Assembly (NCBI GenBank): GCA_038146925.1
Contig: JAYQSP010000011.1
Location: forward strand, 42,816-106,815
Length of the DNA stretch: 64,000 nt
Direction: 5' to 3'
Origin: Alphaproteobacteria bacterium
GTDB taxonomy: Bacteria > Pseudomonadota > Alphaproteobacteria > MPNO01 > UBA830
Made by a program: the position numbers and the translations under genes. Positions 62,519 to 64,000 of the stretch are shown here, one piece after another; the first letter of the stretch is position 1; every line of letters starts with the position of its first letter. The notes under the pieces are model-generated. The model was given only the letters and a program-made list of their open reading frames with translations. It did no database searches and was not told the origin of the DNA.

Positions 62519-63502
62519 ATGGTTCCGCAACCATTCCGGACCCGTATTACCGATCTGTTCGGGACCGAGCATCCTGTCGTGTGCGGCGGCATGATGTGGC
62601 TTGCCGACGCGGAGTATGTGTCAGCCGTGGCGCGCGCCGGCTGCATCGGGTTCATTACGCCGCGTTCCTTCCCGACGCCCGGGGATTTCCGCGAACAGCT
62701 GCGTAAGGCGCACGATCTGTCGGAAGGCAAGCCGTTCGGCGTGAACCTCTATATATCGGCCCGGCCGGAAGCCAATGAACTTCTGCAGACTTTTCTCGAC
62801 ATCTCGATCGCCGAAGGCGTCCGGTTCGTCGAGACCGCGGGATTTTCGCCCAAGGCGTTCATGCCCAAAATCAAGGATGCCGGCATCACGGTGATGCACA
62901 AATGCACCACCCTGCGGCATGCCCTGTCGGCGCAGAATGCGGGCGTCGATGCGATTGCGATCCTCGGCGCGGAAGCCGGCGGCCATCCTGGCATGGACAT
63001 GATCGGCACCATGGTGCAGGGCGCGATCGTGCCGCATGAACTGGATGTTCCGGTCGTGCTCGCCGGCGGCATGGGCACCGGACGCCAGCTCGTCGCCTGT
63101 CTCGCGCTGGGCGCGGAAGGCATGCTGGTCGCGACGCGCATGGTGGTCGCCGATGAAATCTGGGCCCACGAGAATTACAAGAAACACCTGGGCGGACTGG
63201 GTCCCGACGGCACGAAAATGATCATGTCGATCTTTGGCGACAATTCGCGGGTGATCGACAATGCCTCCACCCAGGCCGTGCTGGCGCTGGAAGCCGAGGG
63301 AAATACCGATTACGAGGCGTATCGGCCCCATGTGCAGGGCACGCTGCAAAAACAGGCTTATGAAGACGGCGACTGGACCAGGGGCACCATGTCCATCGGC
63401 CAGTCGGTTGCCTTTGCCGGCGATGTCGAGCCGGTGGAAACCATCATCGACGGGATCGTGGAAGAGGCGGCCGCCGTCCGCGACCGTCTGAACGGACTTT
63501 AG
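62519..63502 (+). CDS. Nitronate monooxygenase (NMO / 2-nitropropane dioxygenase family).
   Basis: 327 aa from Met at 62519. ...PVVCGGMMW..., ...VLAGGMGTGRQL... FMN TIM-barrel motifs. Confidence 0.85.
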   Translation: MVPQPFRTRITDLFGTEHPVVCGGMMWLADAEYVSAVARAGCIGFITPRSFPTPGDFREQLRKAHDLSEGKPFGVNLYISARPEANELLQTFLDISIAEGVRFVETAGFSPKAFMPKIKDAGITVMHKCTTLRHALSAQNAGVDAIAILGAEAGGHPGMDMIGTMVQGAIVPHELDVPVVLAGGMGTGRQLVACLALGAEGMLVATRMVVADEIWAHENYKKHLGGLGPDGTKMIMSIFGDNSRVIDNASTQAVLALEAEGNTDYEAYRPHVQGTLQKQAYEDGDWTRGTMSIGQSVAFAGDVEPVETIIDGIVEEAAAVRDRLNGL

Positions 63503-63519
63503 AAAAAAAGGGTAAATCA

Positions 63520-64000
63520 ATGGCGCAGGACATCAATTCCCCCGACTACACCATCGGCGTCATCGGCACCGGAACCATGGGGCGGGGCATCGCGCAGATT
63601 TCCGTTGCCGGCGGTTACAAGGTCAAAATGTTCGACGCGCAGGACGGCGCCGCCGCCAAGGCCGAGGAATTCATCCACCGGATGATCAACCGTGCCGCCG
63701 AAAAGGGGCAGATCACGGAGGGCGAAGCGGAAGCCGCCAACGGACGGCTGACCATCGTGAACAGCCTGTCGGAAATGGGCGACTGCAGCCTGGTTATCGA
63801 GGCCATCGTCGAAAACCTCGACGTCAAACGCGCCGTGTTCTCCGAACTGGAAGGCATCGTCGCCGATGACGCGATCCTGGCATCCAACACCTCGTCATTG
63901 TCGGTCACGCAGATCGCGGCCGGTTGCGAAAAGCCGGAACGGGTAGCCGGCTATCACTATTTCAATCCGGTGCCGCTGCTGAAAGTCGTCGAAGTGGTCG
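63520..64000 (+). CDS. 3-hydroxyacyl-CoA dehydrogenase, NAD-binding; partial, as the C-terminus is beyond the window.
   Basis: GVIGTGTMGRGIA Rossmann motif. ...NTSSLSV..., ...HYFNPVP... Confidence 0.88.
   Translation, partial: MAQDINSPDYTIGVIGTGTMGRGIAQISVAGGYKVKMFDAQDGAAAKAEEFIHRMINRAAEKGQITEGEAEAANGRLTIVNSLSEMGDCSLVIEAIVENLDVKRAVFSELEGIVADDAILASNTSSLSVTQIAAGCEKPERVAGYHYFNPVPLLKVVEVV

Noticed and set aside
61213-62730. 505-aa minus-strand ORF across the DUF123, enoyl-CoA hydratase and nitronate monooxygenase genes
   Set aside because: Spans three well-supported plus-strand genes. The translation is Arg-rich noise.

Overview
This window is compositionally chimeric. Positions 1 to about 26,480 are AT-rich (about 30-35% GC by eye). 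Everything after that is GC-rich (about 63-67% GC, codon third positions almost all G/C).

AT-rich part:
- It is dominated by minus-strand genes for very large secreted or lipoprotein adhesin-like proteins built from cadherin/Ig-like tandem repeats (repeat periods 219, 270 and 294 bp).
- Many of these repeat regions are frame-disrupted.
- Four genes are intact: an outer-membrane beta-barrel protein, a secreted SGNH hydrolase, a type I Baeyer-Villiger monooxygenase and a small plus-strand gene of unknown function.
- There are remnants of a subtilisin (S8) protease with a P-domain.
- An indel-riddled paralogous copy (about 23.2-26.5 kb) duplicates the adhesin locus at 5.4-8.8 kb.

GC-rich part:
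- This is a conventional alphaproteobacterium-like housekeeping and catabolic region: argG, folD-yggT, tRNA-Ala(CGC), a 2-TM K+ channel, and a GS-like ligase next to Rieske dioxygenase alpha/beta subunits.
- Further genes: a GlcG-like protein, a PEP-CTERM protein, MFS transporters, rmuC, def-fmt-truA, dapE-dapD, argB-engB-yidC-yidD-rnpA-rpmH, and a DedA plus disulfide-reductase pair.
- The window ends with a TPP-enzyme/PaaK-like ligase/LplA-like/enoyl-CoA hydratase/nitronate monooxygenase/3-hydroxyacyl-CoA dehydrogenase cluster.

The most notable single gene is a Bcp/PrxQ-type peroxiredoxin (35701-36153, minus strand). It has an in-frame TGA exactly at the peroxidatic cysteine position and a hairpin just downstream, so it is a candidate selenoprotein that ORF callers split.

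The AT/GC junction cuts a gene on each side and has no mobility signatures. I read it as a probable assembly chimera rather than an island.

All coordinates and calls come from reading the sequence and the ORF track. No database searches were possible.
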